Below, piece after piece: positions 9,453-17,904 of a stretch of 64,000 nt of DNA; position 1 is the first letter of the stretch; every line of letters begins with the position of its first letter. Under the pieces are notes generated by a model that saw nothing but the letters and a program-made list of their open reading frames with translations, made no database searches and was not told where the DNA came from. This DNA is from a virus (Duplodnaviria > Caudoviricetes): positions 96,001 to 160,000 of the IMG/VR virus record IMGVR_UViG_3300017716_001697; one strand, 5' to 3'. Position numbers and translations under genes: made by a program.

Positions 9453-10484
9453 ATGACAAAACAATTTGACACCCTAGTCCTAATCGGACGCTTTCAGCCA
9501 GTTCACAGTGCCCACGCAGAGATGATCCGCCGTGCGACCGAATTGGCAAAACAACTAATTATTATTGTTGGTTCTGCAAAGCAACCAAGAACCTTTAAGA
9601 ACCCCTGGTCCAGCACTGAGCGTCGAATGATGCTGCAAAACGTATGCGATACTATGCCGCAGAATAACTGTGCGATCCGCATCGAAGAAAATATCGACAC
9701 AATTTACAATAACCCGGCCTGGGCAGCTCGTGTGCAAACCATTGTTGGCAAGCATACGCAATCCGGAGATAGCATCGGTATTATCGGTCACAAGAAAGAC
9801 CCTTCAACAGAAGAATACCTCAACATGTTTCCACAGTGGGGATTACTCGAAGTTGAATTGATCCAACCACTCCATGCTACAAATATTCGGGATCTATATT
9901 TCAAAAGGAATGCAAACCTAAACTTCTTGCGTAATGTGGTACCACAGCCAGTAATGCGTTTGCTGGAAGGTTGGATTGATACTCCTGATTATCTGCAAGT
10001 CATTGCTGAACGTGAGTTTATAGAAAAGTACAAACAACAATACGCATCACTGCCGTACCCGCCAGTCTTTGTCACAGCAGATGCCGCAGTGATTCAATCC
10101 GGGCATGTATTGATGATCAAACGTCGTGCCGAACCAGGTAAAGGACTTTGGGCATTACCGGGTGGATATCTTAACGCAGATACTGACCGCAGTGTTGAGC
10201 ATACCATGTTACGTGAATTGCGTGAAGAAACTGGGCTAAAGGTTCCTCCTCCGGTTCTAAAAGGTAGCATTAAGGACCAGAGAATATTTGACGCAATTGA
10301 CCGCAGCCCACGAGGACGCATTATTACGGATTGTTTCAAGATTGTATTACCAGACGGTGCGTTACCTAAGGTAAGGGGTGATGACGATGCTGAAAAAGCA
10401 AAGTGGGTACCAATTAGCGAAGTAGATTCGAGCAAGTGTTTCGAAGATCACTACGATATGATTCAATGGGCCGTAGGAGCATAA
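9453..10484 (+). CDS. nadM: Bifunctional NMN adenylyltransferase / Nudix ADP-ribose hydrolase
   Basis: IGRFQPVHSAH, VGSA..PRTFKNPW, IGHKKD; Nudix box GG...RELREETG. Confidence 0.93.
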   Translation: MTKQFDTLVLIGRFQPVHSAHAEMIRRATELAKQLIIIVGSAKQPRTFKNPWSSTERRMMLQNVCDTMPQNNCAIRIEENIDTIYNNPAWAARVQTIVGKHTQSGDSIGIIGHKKDPSTEEYLNMFPQWGLLEVELIQPLHATNIRDLYFKRNANLNFLRNVVPQPVMRLLEGWIDTPDYLQVIAEREFIEKYKQQYASLPYPPVFVTADAAVIQSGHVLMIKRRAEPGKGLWALPGGYLNADTDRSVEHTMLRELREETGLKVPPPVLKGSIKDQRIFDAIDRSPRGRIITDCFKIVLPDGALPKVRGDDDAEKAKWVPISEVDSSKCFEDHYDMIQWAVGA

Positions 10485-10485
10485 C

Positions 10486-10809
10486 ATGTCCGGTATTAAG
10501 ATTAAATTAGATGATATTACCATAGGCCCTAAGGATCCGGACGAATTTCAGGCTGTGGTATGGGCATACGAATTAGATAAGCTAGGTTATCGCCGCACAA
10601 GTAATGCGTATTGTTTAATTGGTAGAGTAGACCGTGATGATTGGTATAAGGTCCTTGCTGTAAAGATGAGAGGGTGCCCTGCTGATTTCTATATGACTGA
10701 TGGTTCGGGTCTTAGTGACCGGTGGAAAGGGTATTATATCCGCCAATATACAACAGATAAACATACAGTGGCACCTGCCATTCTACGCAAGTTAAGAACA
10801 GCGCAATAA
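10486..10809 (+). CDS. Hypothetical protein
   Basis: ORF in operon. Confidence 0.6.
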   Translation: MSGIKIKLDDITIGPKDPDEFQAVVWAYELDKLGYRRTSNAYCLIGRVDRDDWYKVLAVKMRGCPADFYMTDGSGLSDRWKGYYIRQYTTDKHTVAPAILRKLRTAQ

Positions 10810-10818
10810 GGAAATAAT

Positions 10819-11064
10819 ATGAGTTATAATTTTGATTTTGCAGTCTCAGCCACCATTTCGCAGAAGATTGTCGAAGAAATGGTTAAGAAATGTGTTGAGG
10901 AACAGACAGGTAGGAAGGTAGCAGAGATTACCTTCAAAACCAAAGGCTACAGTGACCAAATGGATAGATACACATCATATGGATGTGATGGATGCACTGT
11001 GACATTTGCTGATGCGAATGGTATCGGACAGAGCATTTCACGTGGGCACAACGGAGATAGATAA
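10819..11064 (+). CDS. Hypothetical protein
   Basis: AAGGA RBS; ORF in operon. Confidence 0.6.
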   Translation: MSYNFDFAVSATISQKIVEEMVKKCVEEQTGRKVAEITFKTKGYSDQMDRYTSYGCDGCTVTFADANGIGQSISRGHNGDR

Positions 11065-11312
11065 TGCCATATTATGTCCGTATCAATCGAATGAATGGTA
11101 GAAATGATTTTTATAATCTTGCTAAAAATTTAGATGAACACGGATATGATGATCGAGTCGAGTATTTTAAGGGTGGGTGGATAGATAATTTAATATATAC
11201 TGCTGCTCCGCACTTAAAATTTGTGCTAGAAGAAGATGCATTAGCATACTCATTGACATATGGCACAACCTATAGTACAATTATACCAAGAGACATAAGT
11301 TTAACAGTATGA
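11064..11312 (+). CDS. Small protein of the F-x3-DA-x2-F-x-L paralogue family
   Basis: C-terminal LKFVLEEDALAYSLTYG. Confidence 0.55.
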   Translation: MPYYVRINRMNGRNDFYNLAKNLDEHGYDDRVEYFKGGWIDNLIYTAAPHLKFVLEEDALAYSLTYGTTYSTIIPRDISLTV

Positions 11313-11542
11313 TGTATTTTGTTTTTGGAGAAGAAGTACAAAAGAGATTTAATGTACCGGAGATTGTATCATTCAATGGTCCTTCAAAATATAGCATGCA
11401 TTATGCCGCTAATATTATGATAGAGACAACACACAATGATATTATATGCCGTAAGAATAGATATGGATCTATTGACAATTTTTCGAGGGAAGATGCTGCC
11501 TTTATAGTTTTAAAAGCAGTACCAATAAAGTCCTGGAGATAG
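11309..11542 (+). CDS. Small hypothetical protein
   Basis: ATGA overlap; FSREDAAFIVLKA. Confidence 0.55.
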   Translation: MMYFVFGEEVQKRFNVPEIVSFNGPSKYSMHYAANIMIETTHNDIICRKNRYGSIDNFSREDAAFIVLKAVPIKSWR

Positions 11543-11550
11543 ACTCTGGG
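11532..11550 (+). promoter_or_regulatory. Leader hairpin CCUGGAG-AUAGA-CUCUGGG upstream of NAMPT
   Basis: 7-bp stem with two GU pairs; same 13-mer as 9411-9423. Confidence 0.7.
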
Positions 11551-11576
11551 CAATTTTTTAATAAAGGATATTTATT

Positions 11577-13049
11577 ATGTTAGAACTAATCAAATCATTT
11601 AACATCATCTTGGCTGCTGACACATACAAGTTTGATCACGCTTACGAGTATCAAGAGGATACAAAGCAATTGTACTCGGTAATGGTGCCACGCAAAGCTA
11701 GCAAGTACTCCGACAAGATTGTAGCCGTTGGTCAGACAATGGTTGCCTATCTTATGTCTAAGATCAGAGTCACTGAAGAAATGATCGACGAAGCTGAAAT
11801 CGAAATTAATCAACAAGGTTATGAGTTTAACCGCAAGGGCTGGGAAATTATCGTTCGCGAAATGGGCGGCCGCCTTCCACTTGCTGTATATGCCGTCGAA
11901 GAAGGTCGTGTCGTGACACCACAGACACCTGTTATGGGCATTATCAATACAGACGACCGGTTTGCGTGGCTTGTTTCTTATGTGGAAACATGGGTGCAAG
12001 AAATTGTGTGGAAGATGTCTACTGTAGCAAGTATGAGTCGCGCCGCTCGCGCCATGTTTAAGAAATTTATGGTGTTGACTGGCGCAGATATGTCTATGCT
12101 GGAATATAAGTACCATAATTTCGGTGACCGTGGCGCAGATAGCCCCGACGAAGCACCTATCATGGCAGCAATTGCACATGCATTGTTGTTTAGTGGTAGT
12201 GATTGTGCTCGTGCAAACAGAATGATCAAGACTTTGTACAGAACTACAAAGGCATATACCAGTTCTGTGGTGGCCACCGAACACTCAGTTATGTGCTCGC
12301 ACTCCAATGCATTAACAAGGGATGATTTTGGTGCAGCTAAAATGGCTGTAGCACGTTTACACAAGGTTGTTGAACGTACTAAGGCAGGAATCGGTATTCC
12401 GTTGATGTCTGTTGTTATTGATACATATGACAGTCGCAGATTTGTACGTGACTATATGGGTGGAACGTTCAAAGACGAAATTATTAACTCCGGTGGCAAA
12501 ATGGTAATGCGCCCTGATAGCGGTGATATCAAAGTTGAGCCAGTTATGGTAATGAAGGACCTTGATTCCACGTTCGGTGCAACACTAAACGATGCTGGTT
12601 ACAAGGTATTGCATCCTGCGGTTGCTGTTCTCCAGGGCGACGGTGTTAAGATTACTACATTAGAGGGACTTCTGCAATCAGTAGTTGATGCCAATTTTTC
12701 TATTGATAATATTGCGTGCGGTTCTGGTGCAGGCATCACACACGAAGGTGCCCGTGATGACTTTAGCTTTAGCATGAAGGCTGTTGCACGTTACGATGGC
12801 ACACAGTGGATTCGTTTGCTGAAAGAGCCTATCACAGACCTCGGTAAGAAGTCGCTCACCGGCCTTGTACGTTGCTACGAAGATGAAAACGGTAATCTTG
12901 CAGTTAAGGATTACCTTGTTAATGGTATTGCACCAATTAACTCGTTCTTGCAAGAAGGTCCGGGATGGAGATTGTGGGCTAAGGATGGGCATCAAACACA
13001 CATCCAATCATTCGACTCTGCTAGAGAGTTTGCACGCGCCGGTCTGTAA
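11577..13049 (+). CDS. nadV: Nicotinamide phosphoribosyltransferase (NAMPT)
   Basis: ADTYKFDH, HNFGDRG, ATEHSVM, SVVIDTYD, MRPDSGD, QGDGV, FSMKA, KKSLTG motifs. Confidence 0.92.
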   Translation: MLELIKSFNIILAADTYKFDHAYEYQEDTKQLYSVMVPRKASKYSDKIVAVGQTMVAYLMSKIRVTEEMIDEAEIEINQQGYEFNRKGWEIIVREMGGRLPLAVYAVEEGRVVTPQTPVMGIINTDDRFAWLVSYVETWVQEIVWKMSTVASMSRAARAMFKKFMVLTGADMSMLEYKYHNFGDRGADSPDEAPIMAAIAHALLFSGSDCARANRMIKTLYRTTKAYTSSVVATEHSVMCSHSNALTRDDFGAAKMAVARLHKVVERTKAGIGIPLMSVVIDTYDSRRFVRDYMGGTFKDEIINSGGKMVMRPDSGDIKVEPVMVMKDLDSTFGATLNDAGYKVLHPAVAVLQGDGVKITTLEGLLQSVVDANFSIDNIACGSGAGITHEGARDDFSFSMKAVARYDGTQWIRLLKEPITDLGKKSLTGLVRCYEDENGNLAVKDYLVNGIAPINSFLQEGPGWRLWAKDGHQTHIQSFDSAREFARAGL

Positions 13050-13061
13050 ATGATCAGTCGT

Positions 13062-13088
13062 AGAAAAGGGGCTTTAAGCCCCTTTTCT
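13062..13088. terminator. Bidirectional intrinsic terminator
   Basis: AGAAAAGGGGC-N5-GCCCCTTTTCT between convergent genes. Confidence 0.85.
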
Positions 13089-14410
13089 TATTTCATAATC
13101 TTTTCTACAAATTCTTTCAATTTCTTACCATATTCTGTGTCAGCAAGTTTGTCAGTTGCTTTATCGATGCCACTCTGGCGTTTCTTTTCTTTAGGTGTCT
13201 CATCTGCTGTGTTATATGGCTTGTCAGCATTCTTCTTAGCAGCCTTATAACCTTCGCCGCTTGCTCTATCAGACATATCCCTGGATGATTTCTTTACATA
13301 AGACTTTAACGTGTCTTTGCTTACTTCGTTTAGAACTTCAGCCACAAATTTGCCTAATTTAGCGGCATATGTTGCCTCTACAGACTCTTGTAGTCGCGGA
13401 TCGCCCTTTGCCCTTGCATCCTTGTCAATTCGTGCATTATCTTCACGATCTTGTACCCTGCGCAGACCTTGTATGCGATTACTTGCTTGGCGCATGTTGG
13501 TAGGAACAGTATTTCGCACTTTATCCTTATAATTCTTCAATGTTTCTGAGTCGTCCTTCAATTCATTCACCTTTACTGTTTGTCCACGCCATGTATCCTT
13601 GGTGCCGTTTAACGTTTTTTCGTAACTAACATCATTAGATGGTGCAGAACGGTTGATTCCGCCCATACTGCCTTCGGATGCTACAACAGGTTTACCTGCC
13701 AGCCCTTTGAAGTTTGTATTCGCACCATGACCTAATGTCCTTCCCGATTTTCCTGACATAGCATCGCGCACTCCGCCAATATGTCTGCTACCGAAGCCCG
13801 GTTCTTCTGATTTTCTTGGGCCGTTATATGCACCCATCTTCACATTACCACCCTTGGCAACAAAATCAGCAATTGCAGGATCGTCTGTGTTATATGGTGC
13901 ACTATTATCTCTTTGTGCCGCTGGCTTATGAGCATACGAAACACGTTGGGTTGCTACTTTTGGTTGACCATTGCGATCAAGTGGTACACCACCCGGTCCC
14001 TTAACAAATCTTCCTTCGTCTACTTCTTTTGTGGTAGGTGCAGCTTTGACACCATGTTTATTCCTAATATTCATTTCGCGCTCTGCTCTACGCTCAGCCT
14101 TAGCAGTTGCTACAGGATCTTTAAAATCCATCGGTTGTTCTGAACGCCATTTCGACGCCTTTGCTGCCCATGTTTTTTCTGTACCCATGTCGAGTTCATT
14201 TATTTGCTCTTCATTTGCGGTAGCACGATCGTCTCTTTGTTGCTGCTCTGCACGATCTTGATCGGCATGATAGGCATTTCTTGCATGATCATTGCCCGGG
14301 ACTGCCGGCAAACCAGGTTTACCCTTGTGTTTCGCCAATAAATCTTTTACCCTGTTGCCGGCTTCGTCGGGAGTAGGGATGGAATTTTCGTTAATATCTG
14401 TTAGCTTCAT
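13088..14410 (-). CDS. Charged low-complexity putative head-internal/core protein (starts MKLTDINENS)
   Basis: ATAAATA at 14439-14433 and AAAGGA RBS precede ATG 14410; three NE-x4-T-(L/W)-x-x-(Y/A)-x-x-K repeats. Confidence 0.6.
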   Translation of the reverse strand: MKLTDINENSIPTPDEAGNRVKDLLAKHKGKPGLPAVPGNDHARNAYHADQDRAEQQQRDDRATANEEQINELDMGTEKTWAAKASKWRSEQPMDFKDPVATAKAERRAEREMNIRNKHGVKAAPTTKEVDEGRFVKGPGGVPLDRNGQPKVATQRVSYAHKPAAQRDNSAPYNTDDPAIADFVAKGGNVKMGAYNGPRKSEEPGFGSRHIGGVRDAMSGKSGRTLGHGANTNFKGLAGKPVVASEGSMGGINRSAPSNDVSYEKTLNGTKDTWRGQTVKVNELKDDSETLKNYKDKVRNTVPTNMRQASNRIQGLRRVQDREDNARIDKDARAKGDPRLQESVEATYAAKLGKFVAEVLNEVSKDTLKSYVKKSSRDMSDRASGEGYKAAKKNADKPYNTADETPKEKKRQSGIDKATDKLADTEYGKKLKEFVEKIMK

Positions 14411-14432
14411 ACGAATCCTTTTATCTTTTCTA

Positions 14433-14439
14433 TATTTAT
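14433..14439 (-). promoter_or_regulatory. T4-late-like promoter ATAAATA
   Basis: Minus-strand match upstream of the 14410 ATG. Confidence 0.6.
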
Positions 14440-14453
14440 CCGATACAGGCAAC

Positions 14454-14483
14454 TTGACTTCACAATGTAGTTTATGGTATAAT
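14454..14483 (+). promoter_or_regulatory. sigma70-type promoter TTGACT-N18-TATAAT
   Basis: Direct match, divergent from the late promoter. Confidence 0.6.
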
Positions 14484-14537
14484 AATATTGCTAAATAATT
14501 ATTCCCTGTGAGTTAAAGGGGAATTTAGGAGAGAAAG

Positions 14538-15074
14538 ATGATAACAGCAAAAATATTGCTCGCTTATCTTCTTCAATCAGCTGACATAAGTGGTTTAACC
14601 ATTGACACACAAAAGATAGATCTAAAAGAGGCATATTGCCTTGCTGAGAATATCTATTATGAAGCTAAAGGAGAAGATATAAAGGGCCAATTTGCAGTTG
14701 CTTCTGTTACCCTCAACCGTGCAAAGGATGCACGGTTTCCAAATACGATATGTGGCGTTGTTCAGCAGTCTGCTCGCTCACGTATCACAAATGGACTTGT
14801 CTGCGCTTTTTCATGGTATTGCGAAAATGACAAGAAGGGTAAAGAAATACCTGTTAAAAATAAAGACGGATCCATCAATCAGGCGATTGTAGATCAATTT
14901 CAAGTAGCCAGTATTGTAGCGATTACTGTGCTAGGTGGAAACGTCGAAGACAATACGAAAGGCGCCACGCATTTTCATAACCCGAGTACAAGCAATCCTG
15001 CTTGGAAACATCAGTTAACGAAAACAATGACGATTGGCAATCACGCCTTTTATAGGTTACCACCAATTCGGTAG
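14538..15074 (+). CDS. Cell wall hydrolase, SleB/Hydrolase_2 family
   Basis: CLAENIYYEAKGE..GQFAVASVTLNR..RFPNTICGVV, FSWYC, GATHFH, IGNHAFY; N-terminal hydrophobic segment. Confidence 0.88.
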   Translation: MITAKILLAYLLQSADISGLTIDTQKIDLKEAYCLAENIYYEAKGEDIKGQFAVASVTLNRAKDARFPNTICGVVQQSARSRITNGLVCAFSWYCENDKKGKEIPVKNKDGSINQAIVDQFQVASIVAITVLGGNVEDNTKGATHFHNPSTSNPAWKHQLTKTMTIGNHAFYRLPPIR

Positions 15075-15084
15075 CATGACACAT

Positions 15085-15108
15085 AACGGGGCTTCGGCCC
15101 CGTTTCTT
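15085..15108 (+). terminator. Intrinsic terminator
   Basis: AACGGGGC-TTCG-GCCCCGTT then T-rich. Confidence 0.8.
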
Positions 15109-15119
15109 TAGAAAGATTT

Positions 15120-15362
15120 ATGAGCTATAACGGTGCATATTGGCTTCATCCGAGCAACATTATTACACGATGGTATAAACGTAAATTTGCTATTCTCCCT
15201 GTTATATGTAATGGTGAGCGTATATGGTTTAAATTCTATTACCAGAAACACAACATGTATGGCCGCGACAAATCTGTTCCGGGCAGTACCTTTGCAATAA
15301 CTGAAGTAACATGTATTACTGAAGCAGATTATATTGTTGACAAACTAACCAACGGCTTTTAA
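15120..15362 (+). CDS. Hypothetical protein, tandem paralogue A
   Basis: KFAILP..C..IW..YY..EA.YIVDKLTNGF. Confidence 0.6.
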   Translation: MSYNGAYWLHPSNIITRWYKRKFAILPVICNGERIWFKFYYQKHNMYGRDKSVPGSTFAITEVTCITEADYIVDKLTNGF

Positions 15363-15363
15363 A

Positions 15364-15603
15364 ATGGTGATGCCTGCCCATCCTTGGTCAAACCCTAAAG
15401 ATATTAGTTATCAAAGCGTAGAGATTGTGTACACGAAGAAATTCGCATTTTTACCTACTAAATGTAAAAACGATACGGTCTGGCTTAACTCGTATTATGA
15501 AAAAGATACATATATCTCGGAAGGCTTTATCCGCGCCCATGCCCATGGTGGTAATTTATCTGAGGCAGAGTGCATAATCGACAAACTAACCGGAGGCTTT
15601 TGA
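15364..15603 (+). CDS. Hypothetical protein, tandem paralogue B
   Basis: KFAFLP..C..VW..YY..EA.CIIDKLTGGF. Confidence 0.6.
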   Translation: MVMPAHPWSNPKDISYQSVEIVYTKKFAFLPTKCKNDTVWLNSYYEKDTYISEGFIRAHAHGGNLSEAECIIDKLTGGF

Positions 15604-15628
15604 CTTTCGTTTAGAATTTCTGTACAAT
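15600..15628 (+). promoter_or_regulatory. sigma70-type promoter TTGACT-N17-TACAAT
   Basis: TTGACTTTCG variant, upstream of thyA. Confidence 0.7.
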
Positions 15629-15647
15629 TGCGTATCGGGAGTAAGAT

Positions 15648-16532
15648 ATGCAAAATTTATTAGATTTAATGAGCGACGTTATACAGAATGGCGTCGACAA
15701 AGCTGATCGCACTGGTATCGGCTCAAGGGCAGTATTCGGGAGATTACTGCGATGGGATTTAGCGCAAGGCTTTCCCATTCAGACCACACGTAAAGTTCCT
15801 TTACGTATCGCCTTTGAAGAAACAATGTTCTTCTTACGTGGCGAAAGTCAGACAAAATTACTAGAAGAAAAGAATATCAATATCTGGAAAGGTAATACCA
15901 CCAGAGAATTCCTTGATAAGCGCGGTCTTGATTATCTAGAGGAAGGCGATATGGGTCGAGGCTACGGTGTACAATGGAGAAATTGGCGAACACCTAGTTC
16001 GATCGGAAGTCCCACCGTCACTGACCAGATTAAAGATCTGTTAGACGGTATTAAATCAGATCCATTAGGTCGCAGACACGTTGTAACTGGGTGGAATCCC
16101 GGAGAATTGCCACAAATGGCACTACCACCATGCCATATGCTTCAGATGCATTCGGTAGAACCACCTACGGCAGAGTTTTCTACTGATGCAGGTAAGTTGC
16201 ATACCTGTTTCGTTATGCGTAGCAACGATATTCCGTACGGATTACCATTCAACATCATGAGTTATGCATTAATTAATCACATCTTTGCGAAACACCTAGG
16301 ATTAATGCCCGGTGATTTAGTTTACATGGGATGGGATGCACATATCTATCAGAACCAGATGGATATGGTTAAAGAAATACTGACTCGTACACCGCGAGCA
16401 CTACCTACAGTTGTAATCAAGAAAGATCTACCTAATTTAAGCGATATTTTAGACTTACAATGGACAGATATTGAGCTTATTGGCTACGATCCTTATCCAG
16501 ACGTAGAGAACAAACCGGGGATGGCTGTATGA
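15648..16532 (+). CDS. thyA: Thymidylate synthase
   Basis: DRTGIG, GFPIQTTRKV, MGRGYGVQWR, MALPPCH, MRSNDIPYGLPFN, DAHIY motifs. Confidence 0.95.
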   Translation: MQNLLDLMSDVIQNGVDKADRTGIGSRAVFGRLLRWDLAQGFPIQTTRKVPLRIAFEETMFFLRGESQTKLLEEKNINIWKGNTTREFLDKRGLDYLEEGDMGRGYGVQWRNWRTPSSIGSPTVTDQIKDLLDGIKSDPLGRRHVVTGWNPGELPQMALPPCHMLQMHSVEPPTAEFSTDAGKLHTCFVMRSNDIPYGLPFNIMSYALINHIFAKHLGLMPGDLVYMGWDAHIYQNQMDMVKEILTRTPRALPTVVIKKDLPNLSDILDLQWTDIELIGYDPYPDVENKPGMAV

Positions 16533-16852
16533 GCATACGGTTGGCATCTGATATCGAAAAATTAAAACTATTTGATCAACTCTTTAGTGCATTAACGGTA
16601 GACGAGATCAAAAATGCAATAGGTCCTGACCTAGTTGTAGGAAAATTGCGTGACTGTCCCACAACTCCGGGCCCTATCATGGAAATAGTTGACGAGCTTG
16701 TATCGTTACGGTCGGACGCAATGATGCTTAGGTCCGAATTTATGAGTATGCGGTCCGATATAGGGACAATGCTACGATGCATCGGGAAGCCCTACGAATC
16801 AATGTCGCAAAATGACATGAGTTCATTAAGACAGCGGTACGGCGTCTATTAA
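16529..16852 (+). CDS. Hypothetical protein
   Basis: ATGA overlap with thyA. Confidence 0.6.
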   Translation: MSIRLASDIEKLKLFDQLFSALTVDEIKNAIGPDLVVGKLRDCPTTPGPIMEIVDELVSLRSDAMMLRSEFMSMRSDIGTMLRCIGKPYESMSQNDMSSLRQRYGVY

Positions 16853-16922
16853 TACTAAATACTGCTGTAACACAATGGTTACAAAAATCAAAAAACATAC
16901 CATCATAAAGGAAGGTTATCAA

Positions 16923-17603
16923 ATGTCATACAATAAAACAAAATGTGATCCAGAATTGGGTCAAAAAGTTCACCAGCATCTGTTAAACATGGGAGTCGAA
17001 ACTCCCACTAAGTCTACTACCACAGACCGTAAAGAGAAGATTGATTTAATCGAGAAAAGCTTTACTACAATTATGCATACGTTAGGGCTAGACTTAAGCG
17101 ACGATAGTCTAATCGATACACCGAAACGTGTAGCAAAAATGTACGTAAACGAAATCTTTTGGGGTCTTGATTACGATGCATTTCCTAAATGCACTACTGT
17201 CGACAACAAAATGAAGTACGACGAAATGGTAGTCGAGCGTAACGTGAATGTACAAAGTAACTGCGAACATCACTTTGTTGTTATCGACGGCGTAGCGACC
17301 GTGGCGTATATTCCTGACGAAAAGGTGCTAGGCCTATCTAAGATCAACCGTATTGTTGAATATTTCAGCAAGCGACCACAGATCCAAGAACGCCTTACTG
17401 AGCAAGTCTTTCATGCATTACAACTCATTCTGCAAACAGAGAATGTAGCGGTAGTAATCGATGCTCAACACTATTGCGTAAAGAGCAGGGGTGTAGAAGA
17501 CGTTGGCTCTAGCACAGTTACAAGTAAGTTAGGTGGTGTATTTAAGACCGACCCATCAGTTCGTACAGAATTCATGCGTCTAGTTGCTGTAAGGAAAGAA
17601 TAA
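16923..17603 (+). CDS. folE: GTP cyclohydrolase I
   Basis: DTPKRVAKMY, SNCEHH, LGLSKINRIV, RPQIQERLT, HYCVKSRG; AAGGAAGG RBS before ATG 16923. Confidence 0.95.
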   Translation: MSYNKTKCDPELGQKVHQHLLNMGVETPTKSTTTDRKEKIDLIEKSFTTIMHTLGLDLSDDSLIDTPKRVAKMYVNEIFWGLDYDAFPKCTTVDNKMKYDEMVVERNVNVQSNCEHHFVVIDGVATVAYIPDEKVLGLSKINRIVEYFSKRPQIQERLTEQVFHALQLILQTENVAVVIDAQHYCVKSRGVEDVGSSTVTSKLGGVFKTDPSVRTEFMRLVAVRKE

Positions 17604-17902
17604 TGAGTAAATCGGGACTAACACCATATCAAGACGAATGTCTTGAAATCTTAGTTGAAGAATGCGGCGAAGTAATTCAGGAGAAGAGTAAGATCTTCAG
17701 ATTTAGTGCAGCAGCTACAAGTTGGCATCATCCAGAGAAGACGCATGCAGAATGTTTAGAAACCGAATTAGGTGATTTGCTTGCAATGATTGAACTTGTT
17801 CAACTAAGTGGCATTGGCGTATCTAAGGCAGGAATGGAAGTAGCAAAGCAGGCAAAATTACAAAAAGTCCTTAAATGGATGACACATAAGAAAGAGGATT
17901 AA
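17603..17902 (+). CDS. MazG-like nucleotide pyrophosphohydrolase
   Basis: LVEECGEVIQ...ETELGDLLAMI acidic metal-binding pattern. Confidence 0.75.
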   Translation: MSKSGLTPYQDECLEILVEECGEVIQEKSKIFRFSAAATSWHHPEKTHAECLETELGDLLAMIELVQLSGIGVSKAGMEVAKQAKLQKVLKWMTHKKED

Positions 17903-17904
17903 AC

